A stretch of 64,000 nt of DNA from Chloropicon primus (Eukaryota), in contig CP060758.1 in the NCBI GenBank assembly GCA_023205875.1, positions 682,001 to 746,000 of the forward strand, in the 5' to 3' direction. Of this stretch, positions 31,265 through 40,158 are shown in pieces. Within the stretch, counting starts at the first letter, position 1; each line of letters opens with the position of its first letter. The translations under genes were made by a program, and so were the position numbers. The notes beneath the pieces are model-generated. The model worked only from the letters and a program-made list of their open reading frames with translations. It ran no database searches and had not been told where the DNA came from.

Positions 31265-32692
31265 ATGGAGCTGATGGAGTTGATGGGGAGGAAGGGAGGA
31301 GGGGGGAGAGAGGCAGGGAGGAGGAGGGCGTGGTGTGGCGAGGTGGGTGCGCATGGGAGGGGAAGGCGGCGGAGGAGGAGGGAGGCGAGGTCGTGGAGAT
31401 CGGAGAGGCGTGCGGAAATGGAGTCGATGGCTTCGTCGACCACGGAGGGAAGTCGAACCGCTTTGGAGGAGGATGACCGTGAAGAGCTGGAGGAGCTGTT
31501 GTCGGTCTACGGTCGCGGGGGGCCCAAGCTGGTGCTGACGCGGGGGATCTGGGAGCCCGTCGAGACGGATGGTGGAGTCGTTCGGCTTAAAGGCGTGCTG
31601 ATGTTCAAGAACGAGAGCAAGAGGCAGGAGCTCTTCGTTCCCGAGGTCCGAGCGAGTGCGAGGGTGCTGAGCAAGGGGTGCACGGATGGCGTCCTCGCCA
31701 GGGTGAACATTAATCCGAGGCACGACCTCTCGGACGGGTACGGCTCGCCGGACTCCACGCCGAGGGAGGACGGGTACTGGAGCACCTACATCCTGCAAGG
31801 CGGATCCAAGACCTACCTCGAGCTTGCTGTGGAGCTGGTGGCCCAACAACGGTCGACGGGGAGCGAGGCGCTGAGCAAAATCACCGCGTGCTGCGTGGAG
31901 GTGGACTACGAGTGCTACGGCCCTTCTGGGCTCTCGGAGCACAAGCAGCACGTTGTGATACCGGTGGACTTCCCCGATCCGAGCTTGCCCCCTCTGGAGG
32001 TGACGGACCTCGACCAGAGCGATAGGGACTTCAAGGTGTACTCGATCCCAACCCACCTGCTCTTTCACGGCGACGACCCCCTGAGCGTGGTGGAGAAGTA
32101 CGTCAAGCCCCACGCCGTAGAGGGGGACATCGTGGTGGTGGCAGAGACGCCGCTGGCGATCATGCAGGGGAGGTACAGGCACCCCAGCACGATCAAGCCC
32201 TCCCTGCTGGCGAGGGTGCTGTGCAAGCTCTTCCATCCGACGAGCAGCGTGGCGACCGCGTGCGGAATGCAGGCGCTCTTGGACCTCGTGGGTCCCCTGA
32301 GGGCGATCCTGGCAGCGTTCTTGGGCGTGCTCTGCAGGGCTCTGAGGCTGCAGAGAGGGGTCTTCTACAAGGTTGCCGGGGAGCAGGCAAGCCTCCTGGA
32401 CGACATCTCCGGCACCATCGCTCCTTACGACAAGTTCATCTGCCTCGGGCCCCGCGGCAGCGACGCGTTCGTGCGGCAAGTGAAGCAGAGGTTCGGGCTG
32501 AGCGCAGCGGTTGTCGACGTGAACGACCTGAGCAAGAAGACGAAGATGCTGACGATCCTGGCGAGAACGCGCGACGTGGACGAGGACTTTGTCCGCGAGG
32601 TCCTCCTGCCCAACCCGGCCGGGAACGCCGATCAGCAGACCCCGTTCGTGCTCATTCGACCTGCCTCTCCGCAGCAGGGAGAAGCAGCGTGA
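31265..32692 (+). CDS. F420-0:gamma-glutamyl ligase (CofE)-like protein of cyanobacterial type, probable plastid targeting
   Basis: IPTHLL, GDIVVVAETPLAIMQGR, TSSVATACGMQ, FYKVAGEQA, LDDISGTIAPYD, VVDVNDL, NPAGNADQQTP. Confidence 0.8.
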   Translation: MELMELMGRKGGGGREAGRRRAWCGEVGAHGRGRRRRRREARSWRSERRAEMESMASSTTEGSRTALEEDDREELEELLSVYGRGGPKLVLTRGIWEPVETDGGVVRLKGVLMFKNESKRQELFVPEVRASARVLSKGCTDGVLARVNINPRHDLSDGYGSPDSTPREDGYWSTYILQGGSKTYLELAVELVAQQRSTGSEALSKITACCVEVDYECYGPSGLSEHKQHVVIPVDFPDPSLPPLEVTDLDQSDRDFKVYSIPTHLLFHGDDPLSVVEKYVKPHAVEGDIVVVAETPLAIMQGRYRHPSTIKPSLLARVLCKLFHPTSSVATACGMQALLDLVGPLRAILAAFLGVLCRALRLQRGVFYKVAGEQASLLDDISGTIAPYDKFICLGPRGSDAFVRQVKQRFGLSAAVVDVNDLSKKTKMLTILARTRDVDEDFVREVLLPNPAGNADQQTPFVLIRPASPQQGEAA

Positions 32693-32838
32693 AATAAAGC
32701 CGCGTGGGTGTTTATACTCTGGTACCTATAAATTACAATTTTCGTTTTTTGCTGTGTGTCGAGGGCTGGGAAGAGGCGCGCCCAGGGGCCCTCTCCCTTC
32801 TCTCTCTTTCTCTCGCAATCTCTGCGCGCGCGCGCGCG

Positions 32839-34032
32839 TCACTTTCTTGTCTTCAGCTTCGTCTGCACGTCGCACATGCTGGAGTGCATGCCGGAGAGCC
32901 TGTCCTTGAGGGAGTCCCACTCCAAGTTCGAGAAGGTCTGGTGGACGACCTTCTGAACCTTGAAGACCTGGTGGAGCTGGTCCATCCTTCCCTCCAAGAT
33001 CTTGAGCCCGATGGCCTTGATGAGCCAGGGCTCGACCTCCCCCTCGCCGATCTCGAGGGAGGTCCTCACGTCGGAGTAGGACACCTCGCCCCCTTGCCTC
33101 TTCTGAGACTCGACGCCGATGGCCGCCAGGGCCAGCAACCTAACCTTATCGATACACTGCTCCTCGGTGACCCCGAGCTCCTTGAGGGTGGACTTTCCCG
33201 CGCCCGCGCAGAACTTCTTCGCCTCCTTCACGTCGCCCTTCACCAGGAGCTGCATGAGGGAGTTGACCTTGCCGAGGGAGGAGTCCACCCCCGCGATGGC
33301 GGCCACGGCGTCCGCGAAGTCGCACTTGAAGTGGTCCGGCGTGGCCAGGAGCTCCGAGACGGCCCGCTTGGCCACCTTGGGCGCGCTGGCGTCCCTCTTG
33401 ATCGCCGCGGCGTCCCCCCCGAACGACGTGAGGTACTCCATCAGGATCCCGAAGGACTCCTTGCTGGCCGAGGCGTGGACCCCGCTCAGGGCCAGGAGGA
33501 AGGCCCTGAGGTCGTCCCCCTCGAGCTTGTGCTCCCTCTTCACCACCTCCACCTTGCCCTTGAGGGCCGCCGCGACCCCGCTCGTCCTCTGGGTCTCCGC
33601 GGCGTACGCCAGCGTCGACAGGAGGGTCGAGTAGCGGGCCCTCGAGTGCGGAGGGAAGGTGTTGTACGCCCTCACCAGCGCGGAAAGGGCGGCCTGGGCG
33701 CCCTCCTCCGTGGAACCCAGGCCCGCACCGGTCACCGCTCCGACGAACTTCGGGGCGAGGGCGTCGCACCTCGAGCCCCCGAGCTTGGCGATCGCGTGGG
33801 CCAGTATCGACGCCCCGCTCTCCGCGTCCGCAAGGTTCTTCCTCAGGTAGTCCCCTCCCTTCAACGCCCCCACCAGGGCCTCGCACACCTCCTGGTCCTT
33901 CCCCTCCGTCGCGAGGTCCGTGCACGTCTTCTCCAGCGCTCCCCCGCCCACAGCCCTCGCCAGCACCACGCAAAGGTCCTCCTCCGACACCTCCACCATC
34001 CTCGCTCCCCTGCTCATCGCCTCCACCGTCAT
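32839..34032 (-). CDS. EIF3M: Translation initiation factor eIF3 subunit M (PCI domain)
   Basis: N-terminal SEED; C-terminal KVRLLAL...VEPWLIKAI...GRMDQ...QTFSNLEW PCI module. Confidence 0.85.
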   Translation of the reverse strand: MTVEAMSRGARMVEVSEEDLCVVLARAVGGGALEKTCTDLATEGKDQEVCEALVGALKGGDYLRKNLADAESGASILAHAIAKLGGSRCDALAPKFVGAVTGAGLGSTEEGAQAALSALVRAYNTFPPHSRARYSTLLSTLAYAAETQRTSGVAAALKGKVEVVKREHKLEGDDLRAFLLALSGVHASASKESFGILMEYLTSFGGDAAAIKRDASAPKVAKRAVSELLATPDHFKCDFADAVAAIAGVDSSLGKVNSLMQLLVKGDVKEAKKFCAGAGKSTLKELGVTEEQCIDKVRLLALAAIGVESQKRQGGEVSYSDVRTSLEIGEGEVEPWLIKAIGLKILEGRMDQLHQVFKVQKVVHQTFSNLEWDSLKDRLSGMHSSMCDVQTKLKTRK

Positions 34033-34822
34033 ATCACTCAAACCAAAACCTCAAAACCTCTCTCTCTCTCTCTCAAGCAACACGCCGCTTCAGCGCTCTC
34101 CCCCTTCGCCCTGTCCACGCCGCCGTCGCCCTTAACGTCCCCCATCGAACGTCATTCCAGTGTAAAATCATCTCAAAATCCCAACCAAGGGAAAATCTAC
34201 TCTTCTCCTCGAAGAGAGGAGATCCTCCGATCCTCCCTTTGAAAACGGAATGAGAGAGAGTGCATTTTCCATCTTGGGGCGCCATCGACGGAGAAAACAT
34301 AGAACCTTCCGTTTTTATTTTTTTTTGGGCTCTGCTATGGCGCCAGAGAGACGAGGCCAGCAGTAAACGCGCGCGCGCAACCACGTGAGGTCACGTGAGT
34401 CTCTTTGTTTGTTGCTTTGAGAGGTGAGTGGAGGGGTTGGAACGGAGGCGGGGGACAAAAGGGGAACGCGAGGGGATGCACTCCCCTCTGGCTTCGCTTC
34501 CCTACGGTTCCACGCCGCGCGCAGTCCTTGGTTCTCTCTCTCTCTCTCTCCGTCGCTCTCTCCGTCTCTCTCTTGTATGGTGGATGGATGGGGGGAGGGG
34601 AGGGACGAGGACGAGGGCACGTTCTTCCGTGTTCTGAGCGCCGGGACGAGGACACGCGTTTTTGCTGACTGAAGTTTTCCTCCGTTCCCGTTCCCCTTTG
34701 TTTGCGCAGCGGCCTTCCGTTTGGACACTGACTTTTTTTTTTTGCAACACAGAAGTTTGACTCCCTCAGGAGTTTGGGGGATCAAAAAGAACCCACCGCC
34801 CGCCACGGACGCGCCAGTCGCG

Positions 34823-36160
34823 ATGTCGGAGGCGGTCTCCTCGGCGGTCTCCTCGGCGGCCTCCCCGGCGGAGACGGGGCCACGCACGCTGTGGATGGGC
34901 GACCTGGCCTACTGGGTGGACGAGAACTTCATGGGGTCCCTGTTCGCTTCCACGGGGGAGGTGGTGTCCGCGAAGATCATAAGGAACAAGCTGACGGGGT
35001 ACAGCGAGGGGTACGGGTTCGTGGAGTTCGCGAGCAACGCGGCGGCCCAGACCGTGCTGCAGACGTACAACGGGGCGCCCATCCCCGGGACGGACCTCTT
35101 CTTCAAGCTGAACTGGGCGTCGCACTCCTCGGCGAAGGGGGGGCAGGGGGGGCAGGGCCAGGGGGAAGAGGGGCTGACGAGCCCCGAGCACTCGGTCTTC
35201 GTCGGGGACTTGTCCCCGGAGGTCACGGACTACGCCCTGCAGGAGTACTTCCGCCAGTTCTACACGTCGGTCAAGTCCGCGAGGGTGGTGACGGACCCCG
35301 CGACGGGGAGGCCGAAGGGGTACGGCTTCGTCAGGTTCGTGAGCGAGCCGGATAGGGACAAGGCCATCGTGGAGATGAACGGCCAGGTGGTGGGCTCCAG
35401 GGCCATCCGCGTGAGCTTGGCGACCCCCAAGAGGAGCGGGGGAGGAGGGGCCAACGCGCCGCCGGGGTCCTCGTCGTCGGGGCAGCAGTACCGCCACCAC
35501 CAGTACGTGGGCGGCCTGAGGGGCATGTACCCCATGATGGGCTACGGCGGGGCGAGGGTTGACATGCAGGGGCAGTCGAGCGGGAACACGACGTTGTACA
35601 TCGGCGGGATCGCCCCCTCCACCACGGAGGAGGACATCAGGGGCGTGTTCGCCACGTTCGGGGACATTGTGTACGTCAAGATCGCCCTGGCCAAGGCCTG
35701 CGCCTTCGTCCAGTACGTGCTGAGGGAGAGCGCCGCGATGGCGATCTCCTCGACCAACGGGCAGGTGATCAAGGGCAACACCATCAGGGTCTCTTGGGGT
35801 AGGCAGTCGGAGCAGCGGTCTCAGATGGTGCCTCACCAGGCCCCCCACAACCCTTACGGCTACTACGGGGGCTACTACGGGTACGACCCGCAGTACTATG
35901 CCGCGTACGGCATGGCCCTGCAGCCCGGGATGATGAGCGGCCAGGTGCACCAAGTGCACCAGGCGGTGACATCGTCCCAGCACCCCCGGAACAGCAAGGA
36001 GGGGGGCAAGGACGACGACGCGGTGACCGCGGGCAGCCCCTCCAGCGTGGAGGAGATGAACAGGAGCTACGGGTCCATGGCGTCGCCTTACGCGGTGGAG
36101 TCGAACAACTTTATCTCGAGCGTTCCGCCGGTGGCGACCTCACCGACGCCGACGCTCTGA
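34823..36160 (+). CDS. Three-RRM RNA-binding protein RBP45/47 (Nam8/TIA-like)
   Basis: RTLWMGDL, GYGFVEF, FKLNWA, SVFVGDLSPEV, KGYGFVRF, NTTLYIGGI, RVSWGR. Confidence 0.93.
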   Translation: MSEAVSSAVSSAASPAETGPRTLWMGDLAYWVDENFMGSLFASTGEVVSAKIIRNKLTGYSEGYGFVEFASNAAAQTVLQTYNGAPIPGTDLFFKLNWASHSSAKGGQGGQGQGEEGLTSPEHSVFVGDLSPEVTDYALQEYFRQFYTSVKSARVVTDPATGRPKGYGFVRFVSEPDRDKAIVEMNGQVVGSRAIRVSLATPKRSGGGGANAPPGSSSSGQQYRHHQYVGGLRGMYPMMGYGGARVDMQGQSSGNTTLYIGGIAPSTTEEDIRGVFATFGDIVYVKIALAKACAFVQYVLRESAAMAISSTNGQVIKGNTIRVSWGRQSEQRSQMVPHQAPHNPYGYYGGYYGYDPQYYAAYGMALQPGMMSGQVHQVHQAVTSSQHPRNSKEGGKDDDAVTAGSPSSVEEMNRSYGSMASPYAVESNNFISSVPPVATSPTPTL

Positions 36161-36410
36161 ACGCAGCGTACGCAAGTGTATCAAGAAGTGGAAAGACTGT
36201 ATCACAAGAAGGCAAATTGAAGTGCGGTATTATTAAAAAAGCAACAAGGGTTGTGAAACTCCGTCGTCGCCCGGACAAGGAGAATTGCAAACTGTTTTTA
36301 AACTATGAACTGATTTGTTTCGCACCACCAGGCTCGGTCGCTCGCTCGCTTTTCTGTGTTGTGTTGTTGGGGTGGGGTCTTGCCTCCAAGACCCACAAGC
36401 CAGGAGCACC

Positions 36411-36788
36411 TCAGATGGTGATCCTCGTCTCCTCGAGCTCCTCCACGACGAGCTCGTCGAGGGACCAGTCCTCGTAACTGCCGTCGGGGAGGTACCGCCT
36501 CACCACGAAGGGGATCTTCCTCTCTCGGAGCTCCTTCATCGCGATCTGCAGCGGATCCGTGAGCTTCTCCACGTCCACGAGAACGGGAGCGTTCATGCTG
36601 ATCTGCAGGGCCCTCGTCCCCAGAACGCGCGCCCTCTCGTACTTGGTCATGTACTTGGTCGTGACCCTAACCTTGTTCTCCCCCCCCTGCATCTCGTCGC
36701 CCTCCGCCTCGTTCATGTCTATGATGTCCACATTCCCCTCAGGCCGCTGCTCGGCGTCCACCATCTCGTCGTCCCCGTACGTGTCCAT
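36411..36788 (-). CDS. RPB6: RNA polymerase I/II/III shared subunit RPB6
   Basis: [27 protein letters not shown]...[12 protein letters not shown]. Confidence 0.98.
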   Translation of the reverse strand: MDTYGDDEMVDAEQRPEGNVDIIDMNEAEGDEMQGGENKVRVTTKYMTKYERARVLGTRALQISMNAPVLVDVEKLTDPLQIAMKELRERKIPFVVRRYLPDGSYEDWSLDELVVEELEETRITI

Positions 36789-37959
36789 GGCGCACCCACT
36801 CTAGCGACACACAGAGGCACGGAGAGAGGTGGAGAGAACCTTCCTGCTCTGCCTGTAAACCGATACCGACACCCAAGCGCACAGAAACTCCTCCTGCTGG
36901 AACCAGGACACAAGGAGAACAGAATCCGTTTTCTCAGTTCCCTCTCACTCGTGCGGCACTTGCTTCCACCGCTGGGCGGTGAAGCGAAAGAGAGCGAGGC
37001 AACGGTCCCGCGCGTCACCCCTCCATGCGACCCGTCCCTCACACCCCCCCCCGCACACTCTCCCAAACTTACCTTACCTTGGTCGCAGTGTCGCTCGCTC
37101 GCTCCTCGCCCGCCGACACCTCCTTTTTCCAGACGAAAATTGAAAGGCGAAGGATCCGAGGAGGCCTGAACATCATCAATCATCGTGGTTGAAAGCAATC
37201 AGGCTTTGATGCTCGATGCTCGATGCTTCCTTGTGACACCGGTGACGGTGTGCTAAGCCTGCTGCTCGATCCCTCCGAGTTCGCTCCCCTCCATCAGGAG
37301 ACAGGCAGAGACGGAGAGACGGAGAGGGGGGGAGGGATCGCTTGGTGGATGTCATCAATTGCCAATGATTCATGGGTGGATGATGAGGGACAGAGAGGCA
37401 GAGAGAGAAGCGCACCAATGGACTTCAGCTGAGGACTTCAACTTCAACCACCAACACGGGAGAGCCCACAGTTTCCTGGGCCAGGAGAATGAATACAATC
37501 CACTCCAAGATTGCATCTTGGCGAGTTCAATTGGTGTGAACGACACCTTGATGTTCTTCTGCAGTGGCTTCGAAGCCAGGACCCGCCTGCATCGTGGGAC
37601 GAGATGACTTGTTGTTATGAATGGTAGGTTATGTTCTATTCCTTATGAATAGAGGGGACTCTACTCCACAATCTCTGCTGCATGTGCCTCAAAAGTTCAC
37701 TTCAACTTCAAACGTCCTTCGCGACATCGACATGAAATACAAATAAGACCAACAGAGGTGAGCAAGGCGACGGTGGTGGAAACAGTGAGAGTGAGAGCGT
37801 GAGAGAGAGGGCAAGAGGGGAGGGACGTGAGGGAGAGGACGCAGCAGGGGGACGGGAATTCGCTGGAGGGAGTCCGTGCGCGCTCGTCAGAGGAGGGAGA
37901 ACCTTTGTGACCTTTTTATTTTTTATTTTTTTGGGGGGGGAGGGTGAACGAGGTTCAAC

Positions 37960-40086
37960 ATGGTGGTGCCTCCCTTGGCTGGTGGCTCGTATGCGAAGGG
38001 AAAGGAAGGGAAACCGCCGGGGAGGGGGGAGGAGAAGCTGATGATAACGAACCGGACAGAGGAGGACACAAAGAAGCCGAGGTTGAAGAAGAAGAAGAAG
38101 TATCAGATTGCCGTCAACCTTTCCAACTGCAAGTATGACATTGTAAGGGAGGTGATCCGAAAGAAGGGATGGATCGAGGTGGACGAGGAGGCGGACTGGC
38201 AGCTGTGCTGGACGGACACCTCCGTGGGCCTGGAGCGCCTGCTGAGGCTGAACAAGACACAGAAGATCAACCACTTCTCCGGCATGCTCGAGATATGCAG
38301 GAAGAAGTCCCTTTGCAGGAACATTGCCAACATGTCAAAGAAGTCCTCGCAGGAGTACAACTTCGTGCCGCGGTCGTTCATGCTCCCCGAGGGCCTGGAT
38401 GACTTGCTTTCTTACCTTAACACCAAGAACCGCAAGGGCAAAAAGCCGACGACGTTTATTCTCAAGCCGGACAACGGGTGTCAGGGCAAGGGAATTAGGC
38501 TGCTGCAAACGGCAAAGGATGTTCACAACGCGGTGGAGTACTGCGAGAACCAAAAGGCGGTGGTCCAGCACTACATTCCCAAGCCCTTCCTCATCAACGA
38601 CTTGAAGTTCGATTTGAGGGTGTACGCCCTCGTTACCTGCTGCGACCCTTTGAGGATATTCTTGTACAACGAAGGCCTCGTCAGGTTCTGCACGGAGAAG
38701 TACCAGGCGCCCCGCCAGGACAACCTGAACATCGCTTGCATGCACCTAACGAACTACGCGGTGAACAAGCACAACGTGAATTTCGAGGCGGACAACAGCA
38801 CGAGCGACTCCCTGGAGGGCAGCAAGTGGAGCCTGAAGTCCTTGAAGGAGTGGATGGAGGCGAACGGGCACGACTGGGAAAAGGTGTGGGAGGACATCGG
38901 GGACATGACTGTCAAGACGGTGATAAGCGTGCAGCCGATACTGAGCTACTTTTACCAGTCGGCCTTCCCCATCGACAACGACGGTCTGTCCTGCTTTGAG
39001 ATATTGGGCCTGGACGTGATGCTCGACCACAAGTGCAAGCCTTGGCTCATCGAGGTGAACCACAGCCCGAGTTTCAACACGGACACGGAACTGGATCTCG
39101 ACGTCAAGGAAGGCTTGATCTCGGACACGATCAACCTGATCCAGCTGAGCGCCAGCAGGATAAAGAAGGCAAAGGCGGAGGACAAGAGGGCGTGCAAGGA
39201 GAGGCTGTACTCCTCGAGGTCTTACTCGGCCCGAAAAATCACGAGGGAGGAGGCCCAGAAAAAGAGAAAGGAAGCGATCTGCTCCTCGGAAAAGTACGAG
39301 AGCAAGTACAAGGGCAGGTTCATGAGGGTGTTCCCCGTCCCTGACGAGCCAAAGCAGGACAAGTACAACACCCTGCTGGACATGGCCAACCAGAACTTCA
39401 AAGAGTCGTTCCACTTCAAGATTGAGACTACGCTCGAGAAGTTCAAGCTGAGCGCCATGGAGAAGAACGCTGCCAGGGACGCGAAGGAGGCTGCGAAGGA
39501 CCTCGCCAGGAAGAAGAAGTCGAGGCGAAAGTCAACGAACTTGACGGGAAGGACTTTGTCCAAGCTTCAGGGGGGTCTCCAGAACCCGAGGCATTTGCGG
39601 GGGAATAGGCAGATGGCGCCCTCCAACGCGGAGCTGGACGCCAAGAGGGAGGAGGAGAAGCTCAAGCAAATGCTCGCGAGTATTCCACCGGGACTGGTTG
39701 CCGAGTCGGGCGTGCTCCTTAGCGATGGCAAGGAGTACTTGGACGTCGTGCAAAGGAAGGGGAGGTCAGATGCTTTCAGGAACGCGATCCGTTATTCGAA
39801 CCACCACAGCAGAAGCAACAGCTTCTCCGACAGGAAAGATTTCCCACAGTTTCGAGACATCCCTGCGAACGCCTTGTACAAATCGCTTGGGTATCCCCAG
39901 ACCCCGACGTACAGCGAGAACGGAGACATGTCTGGTGAGCCCCAGTACAACGGCACGAAGCAGCACAGGAGGAACGAGAACCTGATTTACAAGGACGACC
40001 TCTTGAGATACCGGAACAATGAGCTGAGGCTCCAGCAGGAGGCTGGTTCGCTGATGAATTTAAGCATCTCGGGAACGAGGATATGA
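37960..40086 (+). CDS. Tubulin-tyrosine-ligase-like polyglutamylase (TTLL6/7/13-like)
   Basis: QKINHFSGM, ILKPDNGCQGKGI, KFDLRVY, HLTNYAVNK, CFEILGLD, WLIEVNHSPSF. Confidence 0.93.
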   Translation: MVVPPLAGGSYAKGKEGKPPGRGEEKLMITNRTEEDTKKPRLKKKKKYQIAVNLSNCKYDIVREVIRKKGWIEVDEEADWQLCWTDTSVGLERLLRLNKTQKINHFSGMLEICRKKSLCRNIANMSKKSSQEYNFVPRSFMLPEGLDDLLSYLNTKNRKGKKPTTFILKPDNGCQGKGIRLLQTAKDVHNAVEYCENQKAVVQHYIPKPFLINDLKFDLRVYALVTCCDPLRIFLYNEGLVRFCTEKYQAPRQDNLNIACMHLTNYAVNKHNVNFEADNSTSDSLEGSKWSLKSLKEWMEANGHDWEKVWEDIGDMTVKTVISVQPILSYFYQSAFPIDNDGLSCFEILGLDVMLDHKCKPWLIEVNHSPSFNTDTELDLDVKEGLISDTINLIQLSASRIKKAKAEDKRACKERLYSSRSYSARKITREEAQKKRKEAICSSEKYESKYKGRFMRVFPVPDEPKQDKYNTLLDMANQNFKESFHFKIETTLEKFKLSAMEKNAARDAKEAAKDLARKKKSRRKSTNLTGRTLSKLQGGLQNPRHLRGNRQMAPSNAELDAKREEEKLKQMLASIPPGLVAESGVLLSDGKEYLDVVQRKGRSDAFRNAIRYSNHHSRSNSFSDRKDFPQFRDIPANALYKSLGYPQTPTYSENGDMSGEPQYNGTKQHRRNENLIYKDDLLRYRNNELRLQQEAGSLMNLSISGTRI

Positions 40087-40158
40087 GTGTAGAATATATA
40101 TATATATATATACAGGGAGAAAAAATTGTTTTCTCATCGTTTGGTTAACCCCAGTAAT

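Noticed and set aside
37380..37432. Box C (ATGATGA) to box D (CTGA) snoRNA candidate
   Set aside because: Only about 53 nt, interior is GA-repeat, no terminal stem and no rRNA complement that I recognise.
37505..37535. tRNA-Ala-like anticodon arm followed by TTCAATT
   Set aside because: No T-stem, D-arm or acceptor stem pairing could be built.
31265..40086. Functional link between two glutamate ligases (CofE-like and TTLL) about 5 kb apart
   Set aside because: Unrelated folds, likely different compartments, and separated by housekeeping genes; most likely coincidence.
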